Shown one piece after another: positions 25,816 to 41,447 of a stretch of DNA of 64,000 bases. Position 1 is the first letter of the stretch. The number at the start of each line of letters is the position of its first letter. The position numbers were made by a program, and so were the translations under genes. The DNA comes from Azolla caroliniana (taxonomy: Eukaryota; Plantae; Polypodiophyta): the NCBI GenBank assembly GCA_043228905.1, contig JBHGNT010000129.1:1-64000 (forward strand), given 5' to 3'. The notes under the pieces are model-generated. The model ran no database searches. It saw only the letters and a list, made by a program, of their open reading frames with translations, and had not been told where the DNA came from.

Positions 25816-28056
25816 TTATACCCTTCTATCCTTTGCATCTTTCCAAATTTCATATACATGATCCCATTGTATCTCTTCAATGTGTGGCCCATTCAATGAG
25901 ACTCGCATTAAATCATCTAAATGCTCTATATTCAATAGATTTCTTTTCATCTCTTTGATGAGATTTTGCTTAGAAAACCCTCTCTCACACGAAACTGTGC
26001 TAGACGGAATAACCAAAGTAGCTTGCCATAATTTCATCAAATGAGGGAAACTATCTTGCCAATCCTTCATTTTGCAAAACATACGCCAAGCTTCATGCAT
26101 AGTATAGCCTTCACAATTTAAACGTAAAGTGTCAACAAACCTATAGAGTTCCATTTCACAAGCCTTTGCATCATGTAAAATTTGAGGACATGCATTGACA
26201 TCAACATTTGGCTGTAAGTGAGAAATCAAAATTCCCAACCATGTCTTTGCTTTACTATCCCTAATCACATCATCATCTGCGTAATGGCATGGGCTGAATA
26301 ATTTTGCTGCATTGAAGAGGCTTAAGTCAGGGAATCTTGCATTTAGTCCATCAATAACATTTTGCACATAATTTTGAGATAGTTTAATACAACTTTCAAG
26401 TGATCCATCTATAAATGGCCTCATTCCCTTAGATTTTGCAATATTGGGATTTGTATCATTTTGACTTGCTTTATCCATAGGAATTTGTTTGAAGTATAGT
26501 TCATGTCTATATGTAACGCCATCTTTATCCTCTATTTCCAAAAACCCAACTTTAGAGCATCTTAAGAACTTGGACAAATACATTGTTCCATCCGCAAATG
26601 TGTCATTTCTCAAGAAAGACCTTCGCAAATTAGAAATTGTAATATCAATTTCTGCACCAATTGAAGTTACATCCAAATTCTCTTTTTGAAGTTTCAAGCT
26701 CAAGATATTCATCAAATGCAACACATCAGCCATCATACAAAAGCAAAATTGCACACTATAGATACAAGCTTTATTATACCACTCGTTTAAGCTCTCTTTC
26801 TTCCAAATAGTAAGTATTGCAGGCATTATACTCACTAGTCTTTCCATGACTTGACCACGTGACAACCAACGAATATTATGAATTTGTAATGGTCTATGAG
26901 CATCCAATTGCATTTGTTCCAAGAGCTCTAAAATTTCATGTGTCCTTTTGGTACTATTGTTAGCCCATGCATATACCTTATTTGCAATTTTTTCTACAAG
27001 AATGAGCTCAGGGATATCTTTAGATACATCTGAAATAACCAATGCTTCTCTATGAGCAATACAATGTACACCAACCAAATTTGGGATATCATTTTTCATT
27101 AATGTTACTATTCCAATTTCACTACCAATCATTGATGACGCACCATCAGTTGCCAATCCAATCAACTTGTTCATGTTGAGGCATCGACCGCCTAATAGAT
27201 GCTTAACATGTTCATATATAGTTCTACCTTTACCATTGGGAATTTTCAGCAAACCCATATATTCAGTTTGCTTAGGCCCACAACCACCACATTGCAAGTA
27301 TGTAACATACATAATGAGATGCAACTCTAATCTATTGTCAGTACTTTCATCTAGCATCAAAGAGTAGTATGGGGAATTTATTAGGTTTGAGCTTTGAACT
27401 TCTAGAAGATATTTCCCGAAGGCAACCAAAAATTCATATCCCCCATATCAACTAGTATAAGATATATAATCATGTTGCTTAGGCATATTAGGCACCTCTA
27501 GTAGCATAGCTAAATCACATAATTCTTGGTATGTAGCAATAAACAAATCTTTTTTTGCAATAAAGTACATGAGTTTCATTGTTGTTATGACCTTATTTTT
27601 GTTAATATCATCCAATTGTGATACATGCTTTGGGATGGACATTGCTTTCCCTTCAACATCACATATCCACTTTGATGCACATAATTTATGACCACTTGAG
27701 TTAACATGGGTCAAAATTGCATCAAGTTGCAAAGTAATGCATCCAGAACCAAGACCCCAAGGCCCAAGACTAGCGTATTTCTCACACCATGCACATTTCA
27801 TTAATGTTTTGTCTCCTTGCATAATGCATCTTATCCATGGGAATTTATCCCTCCATGCTTCACGGAATTTTCTCTTAGGCTTTTCTTTAGTTATATTAGA
27901 GGAACAACTCTCTCGAGTTAAACTCTCTAAATCAGTCCCAAACATATCCATATCCTCATTTAAATCATTGTTTATATTTATGTCATTGGTATCGTTGGGT
28001 GGTTTCCATGCAAACATCGCACTAATGGTTCGTTGATTTTTTCTATTGGGAGCCAT
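25816..28056 (-). pseudogene. hAT (ZNF862/DUF4371-like) transposase with one in-frame stop at 27448-27450
   Basis: ORFs 27448-28101 and 25816-27429 are in the same frame. Motifs: N-terminal C2H2-type finger (CAWC...HVNSSGH), LMLDESTD, ATDGASSM, HCIAHRE, RWLS and CERGFS. Likely start MAPNRK at 28056 follows a 3' splice site. Confidence 0.92.
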
Positions 28057-28836
28057 AATTATTCTAAACAAGAAGAAATGGGTCATGTAAGAAAAGATCA
28101 TGCCATCAGTTCAAAACAATCACTAGCATCATTAAACCCATGCATATTAGTTCTGACCTATTGAGCAATGAGATTTTACATGAATATAATTCCCAAACTT
28201 TTGCCCTTAAAGAGGAGAGCAATACTAGTTTTGATGGACTAGTAAAAGAATTTGGTGGTATATCTAGTAAAAGCCATTGTAAATTTTCGTAGAGGGAAAT
28301 ATATAGGGTAAGTTGGACTTCGTCTAGATGCAGAATGCCAACCTAGATACACCACAACATAATGTTACTACGTAGCATGTTTTTCCAGTAAAACATGTAC
28401 GAGACAATGATGCCATAAATGCAAGGATAAGTCCAAAGATTAATTGGTTTGGTATTTAACACTATACAATAAAGTTAGATATGCAAGCCATATCCTATAG
28501 AGTTTTTGCTTTGGTCCTAGAGGAGTTCGCGACATGTTAACATGTTAACATCAACTGGCAACATGAACTAACATGATGAAACATGATTTTATTATTATTA
28601 ACTAGCCTCGCCGATGCATCCGCCACTCCATACACGATTCTATGTGCACATACGTATATGTGACACCTCGAAATATATGCATAGATATCTATCTATCAAC
28701 CTAACCTACACTTAGATGATGATGTATGGACATACACATATACATATATTATACAAGATGCATGTTGATGTATGTCTCGATGCATCAATGGGTGAGGACC
28801 TTGGCAATTTACTACTCCTCTGAGCTTCGATTGTAG

Positions 28837-29307
<471 letters not shown>

Positions 29308-32300
29308 GCTTCATATTTAGGGTTTGGACTTTCTATGATGGTGTAGGTTGCATGCATGAAATTAGAGTTTTTTGTGTCTGGTTTTTCTTGCGGACTAAAT
29401 GTATCCTGTTAGTTTTTCTAAATATTCAATTACTAGTGTTCTTTGCATTCCAGAGAGAGAGAGAGAGAGAGCTACCTTAGATGGGTGAGTAGGACTGTTG
29501 TAGGTGTTGCTGAAAGCCTAAATCTATGAGTAGACTGTAGCAGGAAACGAGCAACAAGCTTCGAGTAGGGATAGTTATTAGTGAGCATTGAGTTGCGAGC
29601 TTCCAGCAAGGTGCAGGGCCGAGGGAGCAACGAAGAAACAGGGGAAAAGGGGAGAAATGGGGGGAGATGGGGGAAAATGGGGGAAAGGGGGGGAAAGGGA
29701 AAGGAAGGTTTTAGATGGGGAAACGGGGCGGGGGAATTGGGAAGAAAAGATTCATAATTTAGAGTCTAGACTCTATTAGTTTTTTTACCTTTTCGTTACA
29801 CACATATGTGAGTCTTTCAAATTCATACACTCCCAATGCAACTTGAACAATTTGTTCCTACTACCTAGGACTATAATACTATTGTATTGGTCTTAGTAAA
29901 ATTTGACGGTATTAGGAAATTTTAAGCCTTCATTTTTATGTTTTCATAAAACATATGCCCGTCAAGATTGACGGTTTCATTTTTAAATTAACCTTCATAT
30001 ACGGTTAAATTTGCCAAAAACGTTCAAAACGGCCGTCAAAAGGCAACACTGTATGTTCCTATGAGTAGAGTATAACTATCAAACATATATAACCATGGAA
30101 ACGAGGGATGACTTGACCATGTGGTCACTCAAATATGTATGTACCACAATATGTAAGTAATGGAGAGAGAGAGAAATGATTAACCAAAGGTATTTCAGTA
30201 ATATCCAAATGTAATTAAATAAAATAAAATCATTGCCAAGTGTAGGAGTTTTTCTTATCCCAATACAATTATATTATGAATACACATTTGTGTTTGACAT
30301 GATGAGGTAATAATCCAATGTTTATAGCAATGAATATATTCCACTTTCATTTCTTTCTCAAAGTGGTACTCATGTTTCGTGTTCATAAAAACAAAATGCA
30401 TCACTTGCTTTTTCATCAAATGCCGAACTTATTGCTATGATTAGAAATGCATGTTTCAACATGGAATGTATCAAGATGTGAAGAATCCCACACTTAACAA
30501 TGGTATGACTAAGGGGTATGGTTAATGGACTTACAATGCAAGGATATAAATGTTCATGGGCATGCCATGGAAAAAAACTCTATTATGATTTAGAAAAAGC
30601 AAATGATTCATGGAAAGGAAAGCACACACATTTCATAGCTCATGATTTTTCATCAAAAGCTCAACATCATGGAAAAAAGCCCATCTCTCTATTTAAGAAG
30701 ATCACCAAATAAATACACATGGACAATGGCGGAGGATTGCTAGATAAAGTTATAATCTTTTTCTTAAAACTATAGCCCACAAAAGAGAACAAGAAGAATT
30801 TTTACATGGAGCAGAGAGCTAAGTACCTTTTTTACATGTTAAAGTGTGATATGGTCTTGGCCATTGGAAAGTGATGCCTAGACACTCATTGATCATTTCA
30901 AAGGACTTGGTATGTACATTCCTCAATCCAATAGAACTCCTTAAGCCACCCATAAAGGACCAGACTTTGTTGACGAATATATCAATGAAACAATAATAAT
31001 TTTATACACATACCCTAAAAAGTCTTGAAGTTGTTTCTAAATAGTCAATTGCGACCTCTCCATAGCTTCATATGTGGAGATGCAAGCTTTCAACACAACG
31101 TGGGCAAGTATCAAACTTTGTTTTACCTCAAATTGCCATTTGAGTGGGTTCAAAGACAATTGGTACTCACCCTATCTCTATGTCTCCTTATTAGGACGAA
31201 GAGGTTCATGCCCATACCAAATTCCAATGCATATCACCAAGTTGTCTTGTTGCATCTTATCAACAAAACTTGTTCAATTGTTTGAATCACTTGATTGATA
31301 ACGACTTTTCTTCAATTTGATTTTAAAGTTATTGTTAGAAAAGGGAAGAATCAAGTCTAAAACCACTTCTCATGTTGGCAAGTGGTGGTGTTGGCATAAA
31401 AGGTCGACTCCTTCCACTTTGTAACTGTAGTGTGAACACGTCCTCTAGTTAGGGCTTGAGTATATAAGCTCAACCCTAACATTGTAACGAAATCTTCTTC
31501 TTGAGTCTTGTAGTAGACAGAGAGTTACAAAATAACAAAGAACTTCCATTGAAGCTCGAACTGTGTGTGTGCTTCTATTTCATCACCTGTCATATTTTTT
31601 GTGTTGTTTGTTGAGCATAATACGACATTTCCTCATACACGCTTCCGCATATATGTTCACATACACCCCAACAAGTGGTATCAGAGCGACATGCTGTTCA
31701 GCGACAACAAACAACAGAAAAATCTGAAAGAAAAGCCTAGGTCAGTAAAATCTCACTTTCAAAAGAGAATGGCTTCAACATCCGGTACAGGGGTTGAAAT
31801 CAGAAAGTTCAATGACAAAAATTTTTCCCTATGGAAGGAGATGATGCAGGATGTACTTATCATCCGACGTAAAATCGAGGCAATCGATGACAACAATACG
31901 ACGCTCACTGGACGAAATAGCCAGGTCGACCATTCGTATGCATTTGGCCGAAAATGTCTATTTCAGCATGGCAAAAGAGACGACAACGTTCTCACTATGG
32001 GAGAAATTACAGGCTATATACGAGAAAAAATCCTCCTCATTAAAACTCATATTGTTTCGACAACTGTTCAATATGAAGATGAGAGAGTCGGACCTAGTGA
32101 CCTCCCACATCAACACCTTCAGTTAGGTGTTGTCTAAACTCTCCTCCCAAGGGATCAACTTCAAAGAAGAAGTTAAGGCTCTTGCCCTCCTTTCGAGCTT
32201 GTCGACGAGTTGGGAGGTATTCTGCTTGACATTTGCCAATAGTTATCCAAATCTGAACTTAGATGAGAAATAGGACAAGTCCTCACTGAGGACATTCGGC

Positions 32301-32687
32301 GAAAATCAATGGGACTCGCTATCGATGAGTTAGCAGAAGCCAACCACTTGATTGAGTCGATCGGCCGATCCAATCAATTGAGAGAATGAGCCGACGGAAC
32401 CGGCAGAAATACCAACCAACCGGGTAAGAGGGGAGACCAACAACGGTCGAAATCGAGAAATAGCCGACTAGGAGATTTTTGCACTCATTGCAAAAAAGCC
32501 GATCATAACGTTTTCGACTGTTGGTCGATCAAGAGAAGAGAGAGCGGTTGGCGATCCGGGCGGAACCCAGGAAGATCCGACTCGAACCGCTCTCCAGTTG
32601 GTAACCAAATCAATGTTGCACTCCTGATTAGGAGAAATCCTCTCTCTAGAGGACTCGATGATTAGAGAAGTCCTCTACATTGCACTA

Positions 32688-32803
<116 letters not shown>

Positions 32804-33206
32804 GTTACTGGACTCCGGTGCCACATTTCACGTGATCTCGAACATCGAATGGTTTTTGAATTATTCAGCCAACAACATTAGCACAATCCGACTAGGCAAT
32901 GGGGAGGAGTGAAGAATTGCAAGAATTAGCGAAGTACCAATCCGATTAGTTCAGCATGTACCCGCACTAAAAAGAAGTATGGTCTCCATTGGCATGTTAG
33001 CTGAAGACAGGTACAGAATGACTCTGAGTGGGTCGACATGGATGATTAGCTGAGGAAATCTAAAGATTGGAAATGGATACAAGTACAATAACTTGTATCC
33101 AATAATGGTGATCAATCCAGAAGGGGCCGTGAATGTAGCCGAATCGGCCGACCTAAACCTATGGCATGGCCGACTCGGCCATATGTCACAAGCTGGACTT
33201 GACCGA

Positions 33207-33712
33207 TGTCGTGAGGATTTTTGACTATGGTGAGAAAACCCGAGTAGGACAGACAAAATGGGATGTGCAACATTGCACATGCACTTAGGAAATTTGTAAA
33301 ATAAGAATAAGAAAACAAACGTAAAAAGAAGGGTAAAATGTAAGGTGCTAAAAGTGCACTACAAAGTTTGTGAAGTATAAATGTAGACTAAAGGGGCATG
33401 CATGGAAGTACGAGTGTAATAAGTAGAGGGCATGTTTGTGTGTGAAAATGAGGGGAGAGGGAGTTAAGGCCCCTATCAATCTCTCCTCCTAAGATCAAGG
33501 CAAATATTCACCCTTTGAAAGGAGTGCAAGATTTGGCCTCTCATTTTGTAATAAGCCTCGCCCCTTTCTACTATAAAAAGGGGTAAGGGGTCACCATTGA
33601 GAGGGTCACCATTTTGTTGTTACCTATTTCGTTTCTACTTCATCTTTACCTATTTCGTTTTAGGGTTTTCGTTTGGTCATCGTGGTAGTAGTTAGGAAGG
33701 TTTAGGGTTTCA

Positions 33713-33779
<67 letters not shown>

Positions 33780-33973
33780 TAGTCATTATTGTTTCTTCTA
33801 GTTGTGCGTGGGTTCGGTCTAATCGGTCGTGATTGTAATCATTTTGTGGCTTTTCTCCTACCCTTTTGAGCTCGAAGGCCGTAAGGGTTAAGCTCCCATT
33901 TCCCTGCTACTCCCTAGGCCAAGACCCCCGTGGTCCCGCCCAAGCCGACATGTACTTGCGGATTTCCGTGACA
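33207..33973 (+). mobile_element. Solo LTR of the TGTCGTGA-type gypsy group inserted in the copia GAG-pre-integrase region
   Basis: TGTCGTGA...CCGTGACA ends, a TATA-like tataaaaag, and flanks ccga / ccgg. The host frame ...LDR|LMAVNYIPKL resumes after removal. Confidence 0.88.
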
Positions 33974-36900
33974 CCGGCTAATGGCGGTCAACTACATTCC
34001 TAAACTCCTGGTGAAGACAGACTTTTGCGAGCATTGTCGTTATGGGAAACAGACTCGAGGTCCACATTCTTTCCATTATGAGATGGTACGACATCCCCTA
34101 GAGCTCGAGCATACAAATATATGTGGGCCTATGCCTGAGCGATCACTAGGCGGCTCCCGGTACTTCATCACATTTGTAGATGATTGAACACAGAAGGTTT
34201 GGGCCTACTCGATTAGGTCAAATGACAAAGTGCTCAAGCTCTTCAGTCAGTGGACAGTTGAAGTGGAGAATCGATCATGATACAGAGTAAAGACGCTCCA
34301 ATTCAACAACGGAGGTGAGTACATCTACCAAGCCATTCATCCCAAGGGAGAAAAGAACCAAGTTGGCACCCCATGCACTAAATGCATATTCCTCGGTTAT
34401 GGAACCGATGTGGAATTCGGCTATCGACTATGGGACCTAGAGAACCAGAAATTGATCCAGAGTAGTGACGTAGTCTTCAATGAAGACTCTATTATCTCTA
34501 AGAGGAACGAACAAAAAATAGTTGGTAAAAGGTATCCTTCAAAGTTGGCGAAGATGTCGTAGAAGGACCGACCCATCGGGCCGAATCAGAGATTCGACAA
34601 ACAGTCGAACTCGACCAAGCCGACAACACACTTGCCGACTTTGAATCGGCAAGAGGTCCATTGGTCGAAATGGATTCGACTAAGAGATTGACAAGATCAA
34701 CATTGGCCAACCAAGGCAAAGCCGAATCAGCTAGAGTTGAGAAAGGCAAAGCCACGAAGTGTCAAGCCAAAAAAGATAGAGTTGATTCGACTGACATACC
34801 CAAAAAGGCAAAAGGAAAAACCGACCCGAGTCGGTTAAGTCTCCTACCCCTAAGTCAATCAATCCCCCAAAAGGGGAGGATGATGTGACATCGTCAAACT
34901 CGTATTATAGGGGTGAGTCATCCAAGAGGACTCCTGGCATAAGTGGTTCAATAAATGCCGATTGACCGACAGAGCCGATCGAAGGATCCGAACTGATCAA
35001 TTTCGCACCTAGGAGATCTGCACGCATTTGAAGACTGACAAAGTTCTACCAATTGGGCCTTGACTACGTCAACTACATCGATGTAGGCGAATCGAGCACA
35101 TACGAAGAAGCTATAGCCACACCGGACGCAGATACATGGCTGCAAGCCATGAGATCTGAAATGGACTTGATCCATCAGAACAAAACATGGGAGCTGGTTG
35201 AACTACTAATAGGAAGGAAGTTGCTGCCCTGCAAATGGGTATTCACATACAAATATGTATCCGATTCGGAGAATCCCAAATACAAAGCTCGGCTTGTCCC
35301 GAAAGGGTTCAAACAAAAACATGGGGTCGACTACGATGAGATATTCTCGCCAGTAGTCAAGATGACCACCCTTCGGCTCCTACTTGGGGTCGTGGTTACA
35401 GAAGACCTAGAGCTTGAGCATTTAGACGTTAAAGCGACTTTCCGACATGAAGACTTGGAAGAAGACATCTATATGTCTTAACCAATAGAATTCACGACGA
35501 CGGGGGAGGAAGGTCACCTCGTATGTCGATTAAAGAAAAGCCTTTATGAGCTAAAACAATCGTCGAGGATGTGGTACAAGAAGTTTGACTCCCACATCAG
35601 GCAACTTGGCTATCACCGGTTCGACTTGGCAACTGGTTGACGAGTCCCTGATCTATCTGATCCTATTCGTCAACGACATGCTGATTGCAGGGAGCAATCA
35701 AGCTGAAACCGGAAAGCTAAAGTGGATCCTTCACAACAAGTTTGCGATGAAGGAACTCAGGCAAGCCTGACACATATTGGGAATGAGGATAGAGCAAAAT
35801 CGGACAACAAAAACCACTGACTCTCCCAATCCGACTATATTCGTAAGGTGCTAAAGCGCTTCAACATGGAGAATGCGAATCCAACATCAACTCTGCTACC
35901 GACGTCGATTTGACTATTGGACAAAGAATGTCCTTCAACGGATGAGGAGAGAGAGCTCAATAGGAAGATACCCTACGCATCGGCCGTAGGAAGCATCATG
36001 TATGCGATGGTGGGGATCTGACCTGACCTTGCCTATGCCGTAGGGGTCGTCAGCTGATACATGTTGAACCCATGACAAAAGCATTGGGAGGCCGTCAAGC
36101 ACATCTTCAGGTACCTAAGAGGGACCGAGGATGCATAACTGACTTTTAGATTGGCAAACCAATCTGAAGTTGAAGTCTATTCCGACTACGACTATGCTGG
36201 AAATACGGACAATCGGAAGTCAACATCAAGCTATATCTTCACCTATGGTGGTGGCAGGAAGCCATCTAGTTGCACTAACTGACAACCGACTTCTTGACTA
36301 CAAAAGAAATCGACCATTTAGCGCCGACCATCTATCACGACTCACAGAGCGCAATACACCTCATTCGGAATCTAGACTATCATGCGAAGACGAAACACAT
36401 TGAGGTATGGTTTCATCACATCCGAGAGCTCGTAAAAGAGAAGAAGCTCGAAGTTTGGAAGATCGGCACCGAGGTGAACATCATCGATTGCATTATGAAG
36501 CCACTCCCAGAAAAACGCTTTGGAGTACTACGGACAAGGATGGGACTACGACAAGCGACCGAGCCGAAGAGCACCGAGCAAGGAGTAGAAGGTAAGTGAA
36601 AGACCGAACGACTTGAGCAAGCCGGCCCTGATGATTAGCCGAATCAAGCTAGATACCGACTCTACCTTTGCCGACTGACTTGTAACTATAAATTTAGATT
36701 AAATTGTAATCTAGGTTTACGGGGGAGATAACCCCAAGCTACCATTCTATGTAGAAAGAGTAGTCCTTTTACGGGGGAATTTGTTGGCATAAAAGACCGA
36801 CTCCTTCCACTTTGTAACTGTAGTGTGAACACGTCCTCTAGTTAGCATGGCTTGAGTATATAAGCTCAACCCTAACATTGTAACTAAATCTTCTTCTTCA

Positions 36901-38635
36901 GTCTTGTAGAGAGAGAGTTATAGAATAACAGAGAACTTCCATTGAAGCTTGAACTGTGTCCACGCTTCTGTTTCTTCATCTCTCATATTTTCTGTTTTGT
37001 TTCCTGAGCATAATACACAGGTTCTCATACACGCTTCCGCATATCTGTTCACATATACCCGAATAGGTGGGACACCTATCACAATAGACAAAAAGGCACA
37101 TTACAATGCACAATTCACAGTATATATATACCATCCTTGAATGGGCATATTATATTGGGAAAGTTCTTCTTGAGGGTCTCTTTTCCATGGAATAGTTGAG
37201 CAAGCCCGATGGATGCTCGTTGTTAAAGAAATGTGAAACTTTTGCCATGATTTGCGGCAACTTTATAGATGACTAAAAATATATATCTAATTATGATGAT
37301 GTGGGCAAACGGATATAATACAATCTCAAGAATTGAATAAGCTCATTGTTGTAGTCGCCGTGAACATTTTACTTCAATAGTCATTGTTCACAAAGTACTA
37401 CATGCTAGATTGTGATGGTTGACATTGTTCAAGGACACATGAATACATAGAAAGCCACAAAAACCCACTCAAGGCTAGCCATAATCCTCTAGATACCTAA
37501 TCCTAACTTGGAAACCATTTGAAAAATGAGTATATCCAACCCACACCAAACGCAAAACGATATGATCATTTGCTAGATCAAATAACTGATTGAGTAGGCA
37601 TGTGTAACAAAAAAAAATCCTTTGGTATTTAAGTACTCAGGAATCCATAAGTCATGGTTCTTGAAGAGTTAAGCCTCTATTATTTCTATTGAATGCACCT
37701 CTAGAGTATTTTCATGTGATCATAACTTGTATAACTACCATATCATGAAAGCCCTAAAAAGTGCTAATGTTTTATCATTTAAATTGTTGATTGATCTAAA
37801 TGGAAAAATTCTATTGTGTGCCTCCCCCTTTACTTTTCTTTCATTGTCTATGGCTTTGCGGGATGAATCACATATTGTGAATGAGAAGACAATAAACATA
37901 GATCATAACAATGACACTTTGAAGATTGGTCGACTACCAAAAAACATGCATGTTGAGCCTTCAAGATGGGAAATGCACCATTTCAATGAAGCAAGTGAAA
38001 AAGGACAAGGTAGAGAAGAATAGGGATGATCAACATGGCTGTGAAGGAGGCAAGAAAGTTTTCTTTAAAGAGAGTGCATAACAAAGATGTGGCACATGAG
38101 TCGAACATTAGTAGTGAATTGAGTGATGATCAAATCAAGTTCAAATAATTTGGGTTGTTGATCAATGACCATTAGCCATCATTGAGCTGACATACACATA
38201 AGTGATTGCTAGTGGAGAGTTGAGTGATGATTTTGCAGAGACATAGCTCACCTAAAGCTTGTGTAAAGAACCCTTACATCTCAACCACAACCACATATAT
38301 TTGTATCAATACATAATAATAGTGCAAAATGGCTACACATTAGAACTTATGAATTTCGGTCACTCATCAGATTTCTTAAACAAAATAATGACTCGTTTGC
38401 TTGGGAGGTTCATAGAACTTGAAATTTGGACACAAATAATGGCAATGACAGTTAATGCCTACTTATGCTCGTTGGTTCTTCATTTGAGGTTTACATTTTA
38501 ATGAGAGAAAAGTAGATGCATTATTATTGCACCGAACTTACAATGGTATATTTCTGCACCTCAAAGGGTTTTGGGCCTTGGCTTCTTATATACACATATG
38601 TGGTGCAAGACCACTTGAACACACAACCACCTCAC

Positions 38636-39670
38636 TAGGAGTCAGCAAGGGCTTGGCTCAAGCTTGACCCGAGCCATGAAACTATTTTTAACGGTTCGAC
38701 TCGTTTCAGACTTGAGCCTCCTTAACTGGTTTGAGCTCAAACCAAACCGAACTGGTTAAGGAATTGGTTTGACCAAACTAGTTAAGCATTAACCGGTTTA
38801 GGAATTGGTTCGGTTCAAGTTTGAAAACTCTGAAACCGTCGTCAAACCATTTTTTAATGGCTTGGTAGTTCAGGCTTGAGCCTCCTTAATCAGTTTGAGC
38901 TCAGTCTGTCAAGGCTCAAGCCAAACCAAACCGTTTAGGGCCAAATTAGTTGAGCCTTAATCGGTTTAGGAACATGTTCAATTCAAGTTTGAAAACTCTC
39001 AAACTGGTTACGGCGTAACCCGTTTGGTTTGGATGAAGCCAAGCTGGTTAAGTCAAAACCAAACCGTCGGATTCCTAGTTAGGCTTAATAGAAGGTAAAA
39101 AGGCTTGAATGCATTCAATTGCATCTTACTACCCCCATAAGTGTTGGTTCTCGAAGAGCCATAACACTTCTTTGAACTTGCTTAGTCAAGTTAAGCGTTG
39201 AGGTGACATCATGGCATCATCACTAAAGTATGAAGATATGCAAGGATTACAATGAAAACCTAATGGAGGATGAATATCACTTCTTGCAAGCTCCATATAG
39301 GGTAAGTCATGAGAACTTTGATGACTTGCTAGATGGTAACCAACGGTTGGAAACCAATTTGGAAACCTCCCTCCCTCTCTCCCTCTCTCACTCACTCACT
39401 CGGACAATCCACTATGTAGTATACAAGCTCCCTCCCTCCCTCTCTCTCTCAAGTTTCTAACTAATTTCTAACCTTCAAGTTTTTCTCTAACCTAAGTAGT
39501 AAACCACATAAACAGCTTAAGTTGTTGAGCCGGTTTGGCAAGGCTCAAACCAAGCCGAATCAAACCGAGCTCAAACCGTTTAGTCAAGCTCAAGCCTAAG
39601 CCGACTCTAGCCAAGCCGTTAAGCCGTTAAAAACCGGTTTATGCTTGACCCAAGCTGTTGCTGATCCCTA
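38636..39670. mobile_element. Composite hAT-type MITE enclosing a LINE 3' fragment
   Basis: TIRs TAGGAGTCAGCAAGGGCTTGG / CCAAGCTGTTGCTGATCCCTA, with an additional internal end at ~39077. TSD matches only ~5/8. The internal frame reads ICKDYNENLMEDEYHFL. Confidence 0.6.
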
Positions 39671-39718
39671 GATCTTACCCCGGTCCCCACTTACCTACTT
39701 GCACCCACAATATCACTC

Positions 39719-39913
39719 TTTGGATGCCCATGAGAAAATCTTTCATGTTTAACACCTTGGATGCCCATGAGACAACTCATTATAGTATCCGTTGCTTGAT
39801 GCCCATGAGACAACTCACTCTCTTATAATTACTTTGGATGCCCATGAGAAAATCTTACATGTTTAACACCTTGGATGCCCATGAGTCAACTCATTATAGT
39901 ATTTGTTGCTTGA
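39719..39913. repeat. ~115-bp tandem repeat built from GATGCCCATGAG subunits
   Basis: Five gatgcccatgag units arranged in two higher-order copies. Confidence 0.85.
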
Positions 39914-40943
39914 TACATGTGTAGCAAAGTGCAATGAAAATGTGAGGAGTCATGTATCCATTTAAAGTTTAGATGAATTGGCAAATCTATAACACAAAAT
40001 GACACCATCTTTCTTGGCATAACACTACACACAAAAGAATAACAAAAACAAATACACACAAAAAAGGTATTGTAATATGCGTAAGTTGATGTTGCTTCAT
40101 CAAAATCATGTGCGAGGAATCATGATTTGTTGATTAGCTAAAATGACCAAACCAAACCAAACCAAATAAACAAAACTCTTCACAAATGCAAGTATTAATG
40201 ATAAGGAAGGGTGCATGATTGTGTATAGCCTATATGAGGCAAAATAATTTCATTCTTTTATGTTGCTGATTCGAACGATTGCAATGAAATAGTTCAATAA
40301 TCAAACTTCACCAATATAGCTAGGGAAAGAATTAGAGCCCATAAGTTATAACTTTATTAAGAGAAAATATATCTACCGTATTCAAACATATTTGTCGGTT
40401 GGTAAGGCACATTCAATGTAGATGAAAATACCCCTAATAAGTAGCAAGAAAGTGGGATAACACAACATGTAAACACAAGTTGGCAAGTAGGCTATATGTA
40501 TAAATACACAACTAGGCAAAGATTGTGCTTTTACGTCATACTCATGTTTTACACATCATCAAGATAATTGAAGGCACATTTGGGTTGGGTCCACAAAGAT
40601 TGACTTATTTGTTTTTCAATCAGACAACAGTAGAGATTGCACAAATTGGAATCAAACCTAAGTGGACTGCTCATTTTTGAGGCATCCACTTGGGCCTTTA
40701 ATTATAAACACATTAACATTTGGAACTATTTGACTAGGCTTTTTAACACAAACTAGGCTATGGGGAGTAGTGAAAGATATCAAACATGAAAAGTAGTAGA
40801 TGAGAAAAGCAAAGAGATAAAAGAAAACGAAAAGGAAAGAGAAATAAACAAAGGAGCACACAATGAAGAAAGGTAGAACAACCGGAAACCACAATAAAAA
40901 TGCCAACTCTACAATTTATACACAAGACAATTATGATTGGTAT

Positions 40944-41293
40944 TAACAGTCGGCAAGAGTTCGGTTTGAACTGAACCGAGCTGCGAAACTGCGACTTAAT
41001 GGTTTAAACGGTTCGGTTCGGTTCATGTTCAGGTTTTAACGGTTCAGTTTGGTTTCAACCGTTAGAAACTGTGGTTTAAGGAAAATCTTTTCAATTTTTA
41101 AAATTTACAATTTAAATTTAAAATTTTGACCGAAGTTGAAAACCAAAACCAAACCACAAAACCACAGTTTTAATGATTTGAATTTTTTTTACCTTTTCGG
41201 TTTAACGGTATCGTGGTTTGGTTCAAGTTTCCAAATTTTTGAACGGTTTGGTTTTGACACTCTCAAACCGAACTATCCCGTTGCCGATTGTTA
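40944..41293. mobile_element. hAT-type MITE (TAACA termini)
   Basis: TIR TAACAGTCGGCAA / TTGCCGATTGTTA. TSD attggtat / atgggtat matches 7/8. Confidence 0.85.
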
Positions 41294-41447
41294 ATGGGTA
41301 TGTCAATCTAAATTTTCTTGATTACTATTGGTGGTGCAACATTACTCTTCATAATTCAACCAAGTTTTTCTTCTTGTTTTGAGGCCTTGTCTTGCAAGCA
41401 TGCAATGAGAATTTTGTTCGATTGAAGCTCCTTCACTCCATTATAAT

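Noticed and set aside
30400-31380. Possible Mutator-like transposase remnant (ICGDASFQHNVGKYQTL...) continuing after 37070
   Set aside because: Only a vague resemblance, with many stops and no TIRs found. It needs an HMM search.
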